NCBI GenBank assembly: GCA_964567575.1
Contig: CAZMMZ010000001.1
Coordinates: 1-35,235 of the forward strand
DNA length: 35,235 nt
From: Candidatus Undinarchaeota archaeon
GTDB lineage: Archaea; Undinarchaeota; Undinarchaeia; Undinarchaeales; UBA543
Direction of reading: 5' to 3'
The position numbers and the translations under genes were made by a program. The first letter of the stretch is position 1. The number at the start of each line of letters is the position of its first letter. The notes under the pieces were generated by a model. That model saw only the letters and a program-made list of their open reading frames with translations. It made no database searches and was not told the origin of the DNA. This document shows, one piece after another, positions 1-9,919 of the stretch.

Positions 1-949
1 AATCAAATCCGAATCGAACTTCACTTAAACCTTGTTTCTCCATTGCAGTTCTTAACTTTTCTTTATCATTTGCGTAGAACATTAAAAATCCTCCGCCACC
101 AGCGCCAACAAGTTTTCCACCAAGTGCTCCATTTTCCATTGCAGTTGTATACCACTCGTCAATTTTCGGATTGCTCATTGAAGAAGAACGTTTCTTTTTG
201 TTTTGCCAGTGAATATCAAGAAGTTCGCCAAGTTTATCAGGATCATCAGCTTCAAATGCTTGCTTGCTTTGGAATCCAAGATCTTTTACTTTGTGGAGAT
301 TCTCAATCATTTCATCTTCATCCTGTTTGCTCTTGTCATCTTGCTCTTTCAAAATTCCAGACGCACTGCGAGAATAGTTTGTGAAAAAGAGAAGAAGATT
401 GTCTTCAAGAGTATTCATTGTGCTTTTAGAAATCTGAAGAGGTTCTGAAAGTACAGTACCATCGCGCTCGAATGTGAAGCAAGTAACTCCACCAACTGCG
501 CAGGCGTATTGGTCCTGTTTACCAATTGGTTCTTTTAGAGTATCAATTTCAATTTTGCATGCTTCCTCTGCAAGGCGTCTTGCTGAAAGTTTCTCTCGCT
601 TGTGCAAGTGCAGTGCATTCAATAAACCAACAGTGAAACAACCAGATGAACCAAGCCCTGTGCCAGCAGGAATGTCTGCCATGCTTGCCATTTCAATACC
701 GCTTTGAATGTTTGTTAATTTGAGGGCTTCGCGAATAATTGGATGTTGAAGCTCGTCAACATTTGAAACTTTTTCATGTTTGGAATAATGAGCAGTAATA
801 TCATTGTCAAAAGTCTCGTGCAGACTAATGTAAACGTATTTGTTAATAGCAGCGCTGATTAGGAACCCCCCGTACTTAGAATAATATGATTCTAGGTCAG
901 TTCCGCCTCCGCCAAGAGTTACTCTCAAAGGTGTCTGGGTTATGATCAT
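1..949 (-). CDS. hddA: GHMP-family sugar kinase, D-glycero-alpha-D-manno-heptose-7-phosphate kinase (HddA-like); 3' end runs off the window
   Basis: Absent from the ORF track because there is no stop in the window. Hand translation from ATG at 949 gives MIITQTPLRVTLGGGGTDLESYYSKYGGFLISAAINKY...IPAGTGLGSSG...IGKQDQYACAVGG...GGKLVGAGGGGF. These are the GHMP PxGxGLGSS motif and the HddA-type PLRxxxGGGGTD, GKQDQY and GAGGGG motifs. Exact substrate is inferred. Confidence 0.85.
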   Translation of the reverse strand, partial: MIITQTPLRVTLGGGGTDLESYYSKYGGFLISAAINKYVYISLHETFDNDITAHYSKHEKVSNVDELQHPIIREALKLTNIQSGIEMASMADIPAGTGLGSSGCFTVGLLNALHLHKREKLSARRLAEEACKIEIDTLKEPIGKQDQYACAVGGVTCFTFERDGTVLSEPLQISKSTMNTLEDNLLLFFTNYSRSASGILKEQDDKSKQDEDEMIENLHKVKDLGFQSKQAFEADDPDKLGELLDIHWQNKKKRSSSMSNPKIDEWYTTAMENGALGGKLVGAGGGGFLMFYANDKEKLRTAMEKQGLSEVRFGFD

Positions 950-1000
950 TTGTATACATAATCGGGGGAAAATTCATTTAAAAAAGTTATGATATGCAAA

Positions 1001-3316
1001 TCAGTCGGTTTTTTTCTTTGATTTCTTCCGTAAGAAGCCTAGGTAATCAAACAGTACTTTTGGATTCCTCTTCACAAGCTGATAATACTTCTTTGCAAAC
1101 TTCCAAGGATTCCTGAACAAAAGAGACATATTAATCTTAATAATGTTCTCTGAAACCATTTGCTCAATTTCATCAGGAGTAAAATCAGGAGTGACAATGT
1201 TTCCAACCCCATAATTCACTCTTTCGAAATCGAAACCAGGTCGGAGATATCCTTTCTCTTTGCAAATCTTATATAGCTCAGTTCCAGGAAGAGGTGTTGC
1301 TATAAAAATCCCAGCAGCATCAAACTTCAAGTCTTTTGCAATATCAAAAGTCTTCTGCATTTGGTATTTCTTTTCACCTGGGAACCCTACAACAAAATAT
1401 CCTTTCACAATCAATCCAAGTTTCTTGGCATGCTTCACAATTCCCTCAACTTTTGAAAGGTTTGTGGGTTTGTGAATTATATGAGTAAGAACATCCTGAT
1501 CTCCACTCTCAACAGCAATTGTGATTTCATAACATCCAGATTCTTTCATCTTATCAAGAAGCTCATTATCTAATGCCCAAATCGCTATGCCTTGTGGAGT
1601 ATTCCAAACAATGTTAAATTTCCTGTCAATCATTCCTTGGAAAATCTTCATAGCTCTTTCTTTATTCAAAGTGAGATTATCATCTATGAATTGGAACTCT
1701 TTGATTCCATACTCTTTAATCAGAGTCTCCATTTCATCCAAAACTCTTTCAACAGCAAACGGTCGGAAACGCCTTCCCCAGAGTTTTGTAGTTGCACAGA
1801 ACACACAATTACCAGTGCATCCCCTTGAAGTTGCGATTGTAGTGTTCGGTCTTTTAAGAGAAGTTCCGCACTGAGGCAAATTAATATCAAAATAAGTTTT
1901 CATAGGAAGCAGGTGTCTTGCTGGTTTTGGAAGCTCGTTAATATCTTCTATGAATTTTGTTTTAGGATTAACATGAATCTTGCCATCTTCCTTCCAGGCA
2001 AATCCATCAATATCAGAAACAGCCTCATTGTTTTTCAATTTATTGAGAAGCTCTCTAAAAGTGTATTCGCCTTCTCCGATTATTACATAATCCAGGAAGC
2101 TGGACTTAAGGGATTGTTCGGGTAGTGCTGATGGATGAGAACCACCAATTACAACAGGAACACTAGGATCAACTTGCTTTATGGAATTACAGATTTCAAG
2201 AACAGTCTTAATCTGAGCTGTGAAAAGACAAGATACCCCAACAACATCTGGATGGTACTCAGTTATTCTCTGCTTCAAGTCTTCCATACTTATACCTAGC
2301 CGTACCATATTGTCATTAATTTTTTCAGAATGATTGAAATCCTCTGCAGCAGCATCAATAATTTTAACTTCGTATCCTGCTTTTTCCAGGACTGCACCGA
2401 GGCACGCCATACCCATTGGAGGTGATAAATCTTCTTTGTAACCGGAAAAGCTTATCCTGTGCGGGAAGATTAATAGAACTTTCTTGATGTTTTTCCCTTT
2501 TCCAACACTGTCAGGTACCCCAACAATTGTTTCAACTCTCTTATGTTCAAAAGAAGTCTGAACGCCAGATCCGCAGATTCCAGATTTTGAACAGCCTGTG
2601 CAATCAGATGATTTAGTTGTTTCTGATTTGCCCTTCAGATAATCTTTAAATTGTTTGAGTCCTTCAGGTTCGCCAATTTCATAAAACCTGTCAGAAATTT
2701 CGCAAGCAAGCAGCCCTTTGTTCGCGATTAGAGTTTGGAATATTTCTTCAAGTTGTATTACTTTTTCAGAATGAATGGAATCTAAAATGGATTTTCTAAT
2801 AATTGAAAGACCATAGTCAACATGTTTCATGTCTGGGGATTGCGCAGTCTTGTCATATTTTACAATCAGCCCATCTGCAACCTGCATGTTATTCTTATGA
2901 TATTCCAAATCATTTTTGTAAACAGTGCAAAGCGCTGACTTGTCATTCTTGTTGAAATGGTCTATTACATCTTGAAAATTAGTTGTAAGATATGAATCGC
3001 CGTAAATCACAAGGAATTTATCATCCAAAAGATCTTCAGCCTGCTTTAACGCGCCCGCAGTTCCTTTGAGGTTCTCACCTTCGTCACTGTAGCGGATTTT
3101 GACATCGAATTTTGATCCGTCTCCGAAATAATCCTTGATTTGCTGAGCCTTGTAGCCAACGCAAAGAATAATATCAGTAACTCCGTTTCTCCTGAACAAT
3201 TCAATTTGATGTTCTAGGAACGGCTTCCCATTAACTAGAATCATTGCTTTTGGAATCTTCTCAGTAATCGGACGCATACGAGTGGCCAATCCACCAGCTA
3301 GAACTACAATCTGCAT
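1001..3316 (-). CDS. Fusion: N-terminal sugar-phosphate nucleotidyltransferase (HddC/WcbM-like) + B12-binding domain + radical SAM domain
   Basis: aa 1-~230: LAGGLATRMRPITEKIPKAM and YGDSYL (NTP_transferase). aa ~290-430: PPMGMACLGAVLEKAGYEVKIIDA, PDVVGVS, VVIGGSHPS, DYVIIGEGE (B12-binding, class B rSAM). C500-x3-C504-x2-C507 in SRGCTGNCVFC, then FIDDNL, AVESG, YFVVGFPGE and PLPGTELY (rSAM core). SD-like AGGAG upstream. Confidence 0.92.
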   Translation of the reverse strand: MQIVVLAGGLATRMRPITEKIPKAMILVNGKPFLEHQIELFRRNGVTDIILCVGYKAQQIKDYFGDGSKFDVKIRYSDEGENLKGTAGALKQAEDLLDDKFLVIYGDSYLTTNFQDVIDHFNKNDKSALCTVYKNDLEYHKNNMQVADGLIVKYDKTAQSPDMKHVDYGLSIIRKSILDSIHSEKVIQLEEIFQTLIANKGLLACEISDRFYEIGEPEGLKQFKDYLKGKSETTKSSDCTGCSKSGICGSGVQTSFEHKRVETIVGVPDSVGKGKNIKKVLLIFPHRISFSGYKEDLSPPMGMACLGAVLEKAGYEVKIIDAAAEDFNHSEKINDNMVRLGISMEDLKQRITEYHPDVVGVSCLFTAQIKTVLEICNSIKQVDPSVPVVIGGSHPSALPEQSLKSSFLDYVIIGEGEYTFRELLNKLKNNEAVSDIDGFAWKEDGKIHVNPKTKFIEDINELPKPARHLLPMKTYFDINLPQCGTSLKRPNTTIATSRGCTGNCVFCATTKLWGRRFRPFAVERVLDEMETLIKEYGIKEFQFIDDNLTLNKERAMKIFQGMIDRKFNIVWNTPQGIAIWALDNELLDKMKESGCYEITIAVESGDQDVLTHIIHKPTNLSKVEGIVKHAKKLGLIVKGYFVVGFPGEKKYQMQKTFDIAKDLKFDAAGIFIATPLPGTELYKICKEKGYLRPGFDFERVNYGVGNIVTPDFTPDEIEQMVSENIIKINMSLLFRNPWKFAKKYYQLVKRNPKVLFDYLGFLRKKSKKKTD

Positions 3317-3364
3317 TGTAAAAAGAACTCCTTTGATTAGTTTTTATAACTTATGGAAACAAGA

Positions 3365-4333
3365 TTAGGATAATTTGAATGGGTTTTTAATCCAAAAAAG
3401 AACTCCAAAAAGATTCATAATATAATTCAAAATTAAAATCATTATAGAAAATGAAACAGCTAAACTTGAAGATATGCCAAGAAGTGTAAACATCAAGATT
3501 AAAACTGCATCCCTAGTTCCAACACCTGAAAATGAAATTGGTAATGCTTCAACAAGAGTTGTGAAAGGAAGAATCAAAATCATGTGAAAGTAGGTTACAG
3601 GGATATTGAGTGCCATTGCCCCAAAATACATTGATAAGAAACCAAATAGCCACGTAAGTATTGTAAAAAACGACAAAGAAAATACTGCTCTCTTGTTTTT
3701 AATAAAAATAAGTATGCTAGAATAAAAATCATCAAAAGCATTTCTCAGTTTACTCTGGAATTTTTCAGGGATAAGCATGTAAAAGAATGGCCTGAGAAGT
3801 TTCCTGATAATCGTCTTCTTGAGAAGTAATAAGAGTCCAAAAGCAAAAGCAATCGCCACAATAATTATTGTAATCATACTGGAATAAGAAAATGAGTAGA
3901 AATTAATAAGGAAAATTATACTGAAAAATGAAAGGATAATTAAAAAACCAATATCAAAAATTCTATCAATTAATGTAGAAGAAAATCCTTTGATAAGATT
4001 TGAATCTCCTTCTTTTTTCAAATAAAGTGCTCTTGAAAAATCACCAACTCGTCCAGGTGTGAGGGATCCAATAAAATAAGAAATTATAATTATCTTAAAA
4101 CTTTCCCAAACTGAAATTTTTATTGATAATGATTTTAAAATGCACTTCCACTTTTTGGCTTTGAAAAAAGTAACAGGCGCCATAAAAATTATTGCCAGGG
4201 AAAAATAAATTAGATTAATTTCTTTGAATGTAGTAAGAATTGAAGAAATCCCTACTTTGCTTAAAATAAAAATAAAAAGCAAAACTCCAATCAGTGGGAG
4301 TACTCGTGATATTAAATTTTTTAATTTAATCAT
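3365..4333 (-). CDS. Lysylphosphatidylglycerol synthase TM-domain / flippase-like membrane protein (UPF0104 type)
   Basis: Multi-pass hydrophobic protein with KWKCIL, SLTPGRVGDFSR, STLIDRIFD and LPISFSGVGTRD, typical of the LPG_synthase_TM family found in glycosylation loci. Confidence 0.85.
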   Translation of the reverse strand: MIKLKNLISRVLPLIGVLLFIFILSKVGISSILTTFKEINLIYFSLAIIFMAPVTFFKAKKWKCILKSLSIKISVWESFKIIIISYFIGSLTPGRVGDFSRALYLKKEGDSNLIKGFSSTLIDRIFDIGFLIILSFFSIIFLINFYSFSYSSMITIIIVAIAFAFGLLLLLKKTIIRKLLRPFFYMLIPEKFQSKLRNAFDDFYSSILIFIKNKRAVFSLSFFTILTWLFGFLSMYFGAMALNIPVTYFHMILILPFTTLVEALPISFSGVGTRDAVLILMFTLLGISSSLAVSFSIMILILNYIMNLFGVLFWIKNPFKLS

Positions 4334-6515
4334 AGTTAACTTTGAATACTTTTATTTCTCCGCCGAAATCCTGCACTAACTCAAAATGATCAAGGTTTTC
4401 TCCATTAAAGAAATGTAATTGAGTTAACATATTATTCTCTAAATGTTCTGGGAAGAATATGGCATTGCGGAAGGTAGGATCTAAGTAAAGCATTGCATCA
4501 TAAGCATTTTCATCCGGGGAGTCTACTAAATAATTATTACCTTCCTGAGAATAATAAATTCGTTTGATAGTTTGACTCTGGTATCCTTGACGTATTGATG
4601 CAGATATACTGTTTTCAGATAATGTTAAAAGAATCTGTGTATCTCCTTGAAGAGGATAAATTAAAACTTGACCAGATGCGATATTCTTTGCTTCAGATAA
4701 GGATAAGAAAGAATACCCCTGTCCCTGCCCACTAGCAAGGAAACTTATCGCCCCATATTTACTTATGAGATCTGTGCTCGTATAGAAATACGAGACCTCA
4801 TATTTCTTCAGTCTCTCGACAGCTATAGCCTCATCAGTTGTTGTAAATGCAATTGCAAGATCATGAACATGATACCCATTTTGACTCCCGTCAGCAACAG
4901 CTGGCCGCTCACCAATAGCAGTCATTGCATGCCCAGGATCCCACCAAGAAGCAAAGATTGAATCTGTTGGTGTTGAATCGCGAGCCCAATACAAAAAGTC
5001 AAACCAGTTCTGACCAAGTGATGGACCAGATTGCAATGCAGAAAGTTTACCTGTCTTGTAATAAGAAATTCCACTTTGTCCACCTGGTTCAATTGAGATG
5101 TTTGGAACTGCGAATATCAACAATAATACTATAAGGATTGTAATAATTGAAACAATTGGTTTTTTAGCTTTGATTTTGGATACTGCAAAACCAATTGAGA
5201 TTCCAGCAAAGATACAGAGAGGAAGTGCTAACATTGTAACAAATCTTGTTGCTTTCAAAGACATGTAAACACTAGCCGCGAGCCAGAGTGTAAAGAAAGC
5301 CAGGTGCGATAGATTACCCTTTAATTTTTTCCACAAACCTAACGGCAGAAGCGCAAGGAAGGATAGCGTCAGTAAAACAGGAGCGATATGTAATCTGTTT
5401 ATAATTTGTCTTAGAGATGCTGGATTCATTTCAGAAACTGTTTTGTAAACATTTCTGACTTCTTCCCCACCGGGAGCGTCTACTAAAACTTCTGAAACTT
5501 TTAATTGCGTTCCTGCAGTGATAGAGGATAGAATATTGACATGAGCCATACCCCTACTAATACCAACAATAGACAATCCAAGAACAAGAACAATTGCAAA
5601 GACAATATATTTTTTCCAATTTGTTTGGAAATGCTCTTTAACTAAATTAAGAAGATTTCGACTGCCTGAGATGAATTTTACTCCAATCTGATAAATAAAA
5701 TAAAATCCAACAAGACCTATCATTAAGATAGGGACAAATGTATAAGCAGTCCAAGTAAGTCCGAACAGTCCTAGACAGATACCTCCGGCTATACCATAGA
5801 TATACGACGAATTATCCCAAGCTTTTAGGAATAAATAAAAGGTGAATACTGTGAAAAAAGCAACTATAGCATCACTATCTGCAAAACCAGAAACACTTCT
5901 TGTAATAAATGATGGGGCAAGTGAGAAAAGGAATCCGGCAGAAAGACCCGCATACGGACCAAATAATTGCTTAACAAGTAAAAACATTCCTAGAACAGCG
6001 AGAACTCCAAACATAGCAGGTGTCCAGCGATGCCAGACTAATAAACTAGGTGCGAATATCCGACCGAAATATTTGTAGGAATATGCTGAGAAATATGGAT
6101 AGAATTCTTGATATGCTCGTCCACCTTCAGGAGCGTCGTGCATAGTATCCCACGCATATAACGTCGCACCATTCGGACACGGATCAGAGAATTCAACTTC
6201 TTCACCAAGAACTTCACTATAACAAATTTTCGTATCGCCAACATAACCGTGATCATAAACATTCTTAGCGTGTCTGTAATGCCAATAAGGATCCATTGCT
6301 GAGAGAGAATTTTCATGGATTCCAGTATATTTTTCTTCAGGGGCAAATCTAAGCCAACCTGAGAATAAAAGAAGTGCAAAAAGTAACAAATAAATTATAA
6401 CTTTTTTATGGTTTTTTAACCAGCTTCCTGCTTTCGAAAGATCCAACGCCATTTCATCTCCAGAGTCTTTATCGCGTTTGAATTTTCCTTTTAGTTTTTC
6501 AAAACTAAAGGACAT
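4326..6515 (-). CDS. aglB: Oligosaccharyltransferase AglB (STT3 family), paralogue 1
   Basis: AMDPYWH, RSVSGFADSD (DxD), KTVSE (TIXE-like), SWWDPGH, ADGSQ and many TM helices. Start placed at 6515 (MSFS) because GGAGG lies 6 nt upstream; the track ORF begins at 6545. Confidence 0.93.
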   Translation of the reverse strand: MSFSFEKLKGKFKRDKDSGDEMALDLSKAGSWLKNHKKVIIYLLLFALLLFSGWLRFAPEEKYTGIHENSLSAMDPYWHYRHAKNVYDHGYVGDTKICYSEVLGEEVEFSDPCPNGATLYAWDTMHDAPEGGRAYQEFYPYFSAYSYKYFGRIFAPSLLVWHRWTPAMFGVLAVLGMFLLVKQLFGPYAGLSAGFLFSLAPSFITRSVSGFADSDAIVAFFTVFTFYLFLKAWDNSSYIYGIAGGICLGLFGLTWTAYTFVPILMIGLVGFYFIYQIGVKFISGSRNLLNLVKEHFQTNWKKYIVFAIVLVLGLSIVGISRGMAHVNILSSITAGTQLKVSEVLVDAPGGEEVRNVYKTVSEMNPASLRQIINRLHIAPVLLTLSFLALLPLGLWKKLKGNLSHLAFFTLWLAASVYMSLKATRFVTMLALPLCIFAGISIGFAVSKIKAKKPIVSIITILIVLLLIFAVPNISIEPGGQSGISYYKTGKLSALQSGPSLGQNWFDFLYWARDSTPTDSIFASWWDPGHAMTAIGERPAVADGSQNGYHVHDLAIAFTTTDEAIAVERLKKYEVSYFYTSTDLISKYGAISFLASGQGQGYSFLSLSEAKNIASGQVLIYPLQGDTQILLTLSENSISASIRQGYQSQTIKRIYYSQEGNNYLVDSPDENAYDAMLYLDPTFRNAIFFPEHLENNMLTQLHFFNGENLDHFELVQDFGGEIKVFKVNYD

Positions 6516-6579
6516 ACTGTCCTCCCCCTCATTAGCCATGCACATTGGTTGAGAAATACAATTAATAAAGGTTATGATT

Positions 6580-8736
6580 TCAGCCTAAAAATTTGAAAAC
6601 TTTGATTTCTTCATTGAAATTTCCAACAAGTTGGAAATGATCAAGATTTTGTCCATTGAAAAAGTGCAATTGCGTTAACATATTATTCTCTAAATGTTCT
6701 GGGAAGAACAGAACACTATCAAACTCAGGAGTGACATATAATAAATTAGACGTGCTGTTTATGTTTGAAGATTCAAGAAGGTATTGTTGATCGTCAATGT
6801 AATATAGAATTTTGTTGAGTTCGTAGTTTCTCCCAGCTTCTTTGAGAATAGCACTAACATGATCGCCATCAATATTTAAAATAATTTTAGAAGACGGGCT
6901 TAAATAATAAATAAAAAGACTACCAGATGCAGTTTCTTTAATTTCACTTAATGCTGCTATAGGATAACTAACTTTTTGGCCAGTTACAAGGAAACTTATT
7001 GCTTCATATTTAAGTAATAGATCGCTACTCGTATAGAAATAAGAAGTATTGTATTTTTTTAATCGCTCAAAAGCTAAAGATTCATCTGTTGTTGTAAGTG
7101 CAACTCCAAGATCGTGAACATGATAATCATTCTGGCTTCCATCAGCAACAGACGGGCGCTCACCAACAGCAGTCATTGCATGACCAGGATCCCACCAAGA
7201 AGCAAAAATCGCATCTTTAGGAGTTGAATCACGGGCCCAATGTAAAAAGTCAAACCAATTTGGCCCAAGTATTGAATTTGCTTGGGTGGCAATAAGTTTT
7301 CCAGTTTTATAGTAAGAAATTCCAGCTGACGAGGTTGGTGACATTGAAAGGTTTGGAAGTGCGAATAGTAATAAGAACAAAACAATAATTGTGAGAACAG
7401 AAACAACTGGTTTTTTAAATTTGATTTTTGAAACTGCAAAAGCAACTGAAGTTCCAGCAAAAATACAGATAGGTAATGATAACATTCCGACAAATCTTGT
7501 GGCCTTTAGAGACATGTAAATGCTAGCTAAAAGCCAAACAGAAAAAAGTACCAAATGAGGAATATATTTCTTTACTTTTTTCCATAACCCTACTGGTAAA
7601 AGCGCAAAGAAAGCTGCTGCTAGTAAAAACGGAGCTAGGTGTATTCGTTGAATTACTTGTCTTAAAGAAAGAGATTGCAATTCAATAATTGTTTTATGAA
7701 CATTTCTAACAGATTCTCCTTCAAGAGAAGCTTCAGAAAGTTCTACGTTTTTTAATTTTGTTGACGCTGTGATTGAAGAAAGAATATTGGCATGGCCAAT
7801 ACCTTTGACAAAACCAACAATAGATAATCCAAGAACAATCACAATTGCAAAGATAACATACTTTTTCCAATTGGTTTCTAAATGATCTTTAATTAATTGA
7901 AAAATATTTTTACTTTTTTTACGGAATTTTCTGGCAATTTGATAAAGGAAATAAAATCCAGCAAAACCGAACATTAAAACAGGAACAAATGAATACGCTG
8001 TCCAGGTTATTCCAAAAAGACCAAGACAGAGACCACCAAGAACTCCATAAACATACGAAGATTTATCCCACGCTTTTATGAATAAGTAAAAAGTAAATAT
8101 TGTAAAGAACGCAACGAGCGCATCTGTATCAGCAAAACCAGAAACACTTCGTGTAAGAAAGATTGGAGAAATGGAATATAAAAGTGCAGCAAAAATTCCT
8201 GCAGAAGATCCAAACAAATGTTTAACAAGAAGAAACATACCAAGAACTGCAAAAAGAGCAAAGAACACAGGAGTCCACCTGTGCCAAGTTAAAAGATTAG
8301 GAGCAAAGAAACTTCCAAAATATTTGTAAGAATACGCAGAGAAATATGGATAAAATTCTTGATACGCTCGACTTCCTTCAGGAGCATCGTGCATAGTATC
8401 CCAATAAACTTCCTCACCATCAACAATCCTTATTTCATCACCAATATATCCATGTTCATAAACATTTTTGGCGTGGCGATAATGCCAATAAGGATCCATA
8501 GCAGCGAACCCATCAGAGAGGTCTCCTGTGAATTTTTTTTCAGGAATAAATCGAATCCACGCAGAGAAAAACAATAAGAGAATTAATAGAACATACAGAA
8601 TGGTTTTTTTATTTTGTTTAACCCATTTACTAATAGCAGAAAGATTAAGTCGCACTTCATCTTTTTCCTTCTTGTGCTTTTTATTTTGAATATCCCCACC
8701 TGAAAGATAAGACGTATCTATATCTACATCACTCAT
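6580..8736 (-). CDS. aglB: Oligosaccharyltransferase AglB (STT3 family), paralogue 2
   Basis: AMDPYWH, RSVSGFADTD, KTIIE (TIXE), SWWDPGH and ADGSQ; colinear with and clearly homologous to paralogue 1. Confidence 0.93.
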   Translation of the reverse strand: MSDVDIDTSYLSGGDIQNKKHKKEKDEVRLNLSAISKWVKQNKKTILYVLLILLLFFSAWIRFIPEKKFTGDLSDGFAAMDPYWHYRHAKNVYEHGYIGDEIRIVDGEEVYWDTMHDAPEGSRAYQEFYPYFSAYSYKYFGSFFAPNLLTWHRWTPVFFALFAVLGMFLLVKHLFGSSAGIFAALLYSISPIFLTRSVSGFADTDALVAFFTIFTFYLFIKAWDKSSYVYGVLGGLCLGLFGITWTAYSFVPVLMFGFAGFYFLYQIARKFRKKSKNIFQLIKDHLETNWKKYVIFAIVIVLGLSIVGFVKGIGHANILSSITASTKLKNVELSEASLEGESVRNVHKTIIELQSLSLRQVIQRIHLAPFLLAAAFFALLPVGLWKKVKKYIPHLVLFSVWLLASIYMSLKATRFVGMLSLPICIFAGTSVAFAVSKIKFKKPVVSVLTIIVLFLLLFALPNLSMSPTSSAGISYYKTGKLIATQANSILGPNWFDFLHWARDSTPKDAIFASWWDPGHAMTAVGERPSVADGSQNDYHVHDLGVALTTTDESLAFERLKKYNTSYFYTSSDLLLKYEAISFLVTGQKVSYPIAALSEIKETASGSLFIYYLSPSSKIILNIDGDHVSAILKEAGRNYELNKILYYIDDQQYLLESSNINSTSNLLYVTPEFDSVLFFPEHLENNMLTQLHFFNGQNLDHFQLVGNFNEEIKVFKFLG

Positions 8737-8767
8737 ATCTCTGATTACAATAAAGAATTAATAAACA

Positions 8768-9919
8768 TTATGCTTTCAATAATTCTCTTAATAAAATTGT
8801 TGCGTACGCGCCTTTCTCCAAATCGAATTTAATAGTAACAAAATCTTTTCCAGGTTTGCATTCCCAATTTTTTATTTCAGCTAGCCATTTTCTTGGACCA
8901 CCTTTCACACTTGCTTCAGGAAATTGTTTTATTCTTAATTTTTCTTGAGAAAGATTATCTTTTTCTAAGAATTTTTTTTCTTTATCTGAAAGATCGGAAT
9001 CATATCCAAGTAAAATACCCTCGCCGGCTAGTGATTCTCCCTTCTTCAACCGCTCTGATAATAATATATTAAAAATATTTGATTGATATGCATGTGTAAA
9101 AATCTTGTAGAGATTTTTACTAAGTTTTTTGAAAGCCCCAACAAAATCTGCAGGATGTTTAATTAATTGATTAATTATTGCATTCTCAAATCGCATGAAT
9201 CGTGGGAACTGTCCAACCTCTTTAAAGTTTGGCCATTGTTTTGCAAGCTCAACTCGCATTGCTTTGCCTTCTGGTTGTTCATCATCTGTTGTTACTGTAA
9301 GGAATTCCTTGCACGCTCCTTCAATATTTTCCTGAAGCAAATATTTTCCAACAATATGATTATTTCTCCTCATTCCAAATCGTTGCTGTCCGAAAAAGTT
9401 TGGCATTCCACCAAGCTTCTCCAATTCAGCAAAAGTTTCTTCACAAGATTGCGCAGCTTTCTTTGGGTTTTTAACATCCGTGATTTTGATTGTAAAACGA
9501 TTGCCCCAGAGATCACCGAGTTCCAAACGTTTGTCAAATTCCTCAAAGTCTCCGATTTGCACATCTTTTATTTTAATTTTAGATAATCTATCTGGATAAA
9601 TTTTCCAAGCAGAGATTTTTTGAGAAGTTAATGCGAATTTATCTTTTGTGCCGGCATAAGAAAGACGTTTTCTAGAATTGCCAGAAAATCTTGCAATGTT
9701 TTGAAGGATTGTATCTTGATTCCAATCGCGTTTTACAAGAGTGAACCGCGTGTACTCGGTTTTGATATCAGTTACACTAGGTTTTGGATCAAGACTTGCA
9801 ACAGATCCATCTGTTAAAATTTCCTGAACTACGAAATCTTTTGGCTCTTGTTTAAATTTTCCACTAAAGCCAGAGGATTTTGTGGCGAATTGTGTGATTC
9901 CAATTATTGAATAATCCAT
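8768..9919 (-). CDS. truD: tRNA pseudouridine(13) synthase TruD/Pus7
   Basis: KQEPKDFVVQE, YAGTKDKFALTSQ (catalytic GxKD), GDLWGNRFTI, PNFFGQQRFG, KGAYATILLREL. Confidence 0.95.
   Translation of the reverse strand: MDYSIIGITQFATKSSGFSGKFKQEPKDFVVQEILTDGSVASLDPKPSVTDIKTEYTRFTLVKRDWNQDTILQNIARFSGNSRKRLSYAGTKDKFALTSQKISAWKIYPDRLSKIKIKDVQIGDFEEFDKRLELGDLWGNRFTIKITDVKNPKKAAQSCEETFAELEKLGGMPNFFGQQRFGMRRNNHIVGKYLLQENIEGACKEFLTVTTDDEQPEGKAMRVELAKQWPNFKEVGQFPRFMRFENAIINQLIKHPADFVGAFKKLSKNLYKIFTHAYQSNIFNILLSERLKKGESLAGEGILLGYDSDLSDKEKKFLEKDNLSQEKLRIKQFPEASVKGGPRKWLAEIKNWECKPGKDFVTIKFDLEKGAYATILLRELLKA

Noticed and set aside
43-707. Three short plus-strand ORFs in the track
   Set aside because: Antisense shadows of the minus-strand GHMP kinase, which has clear motifs.
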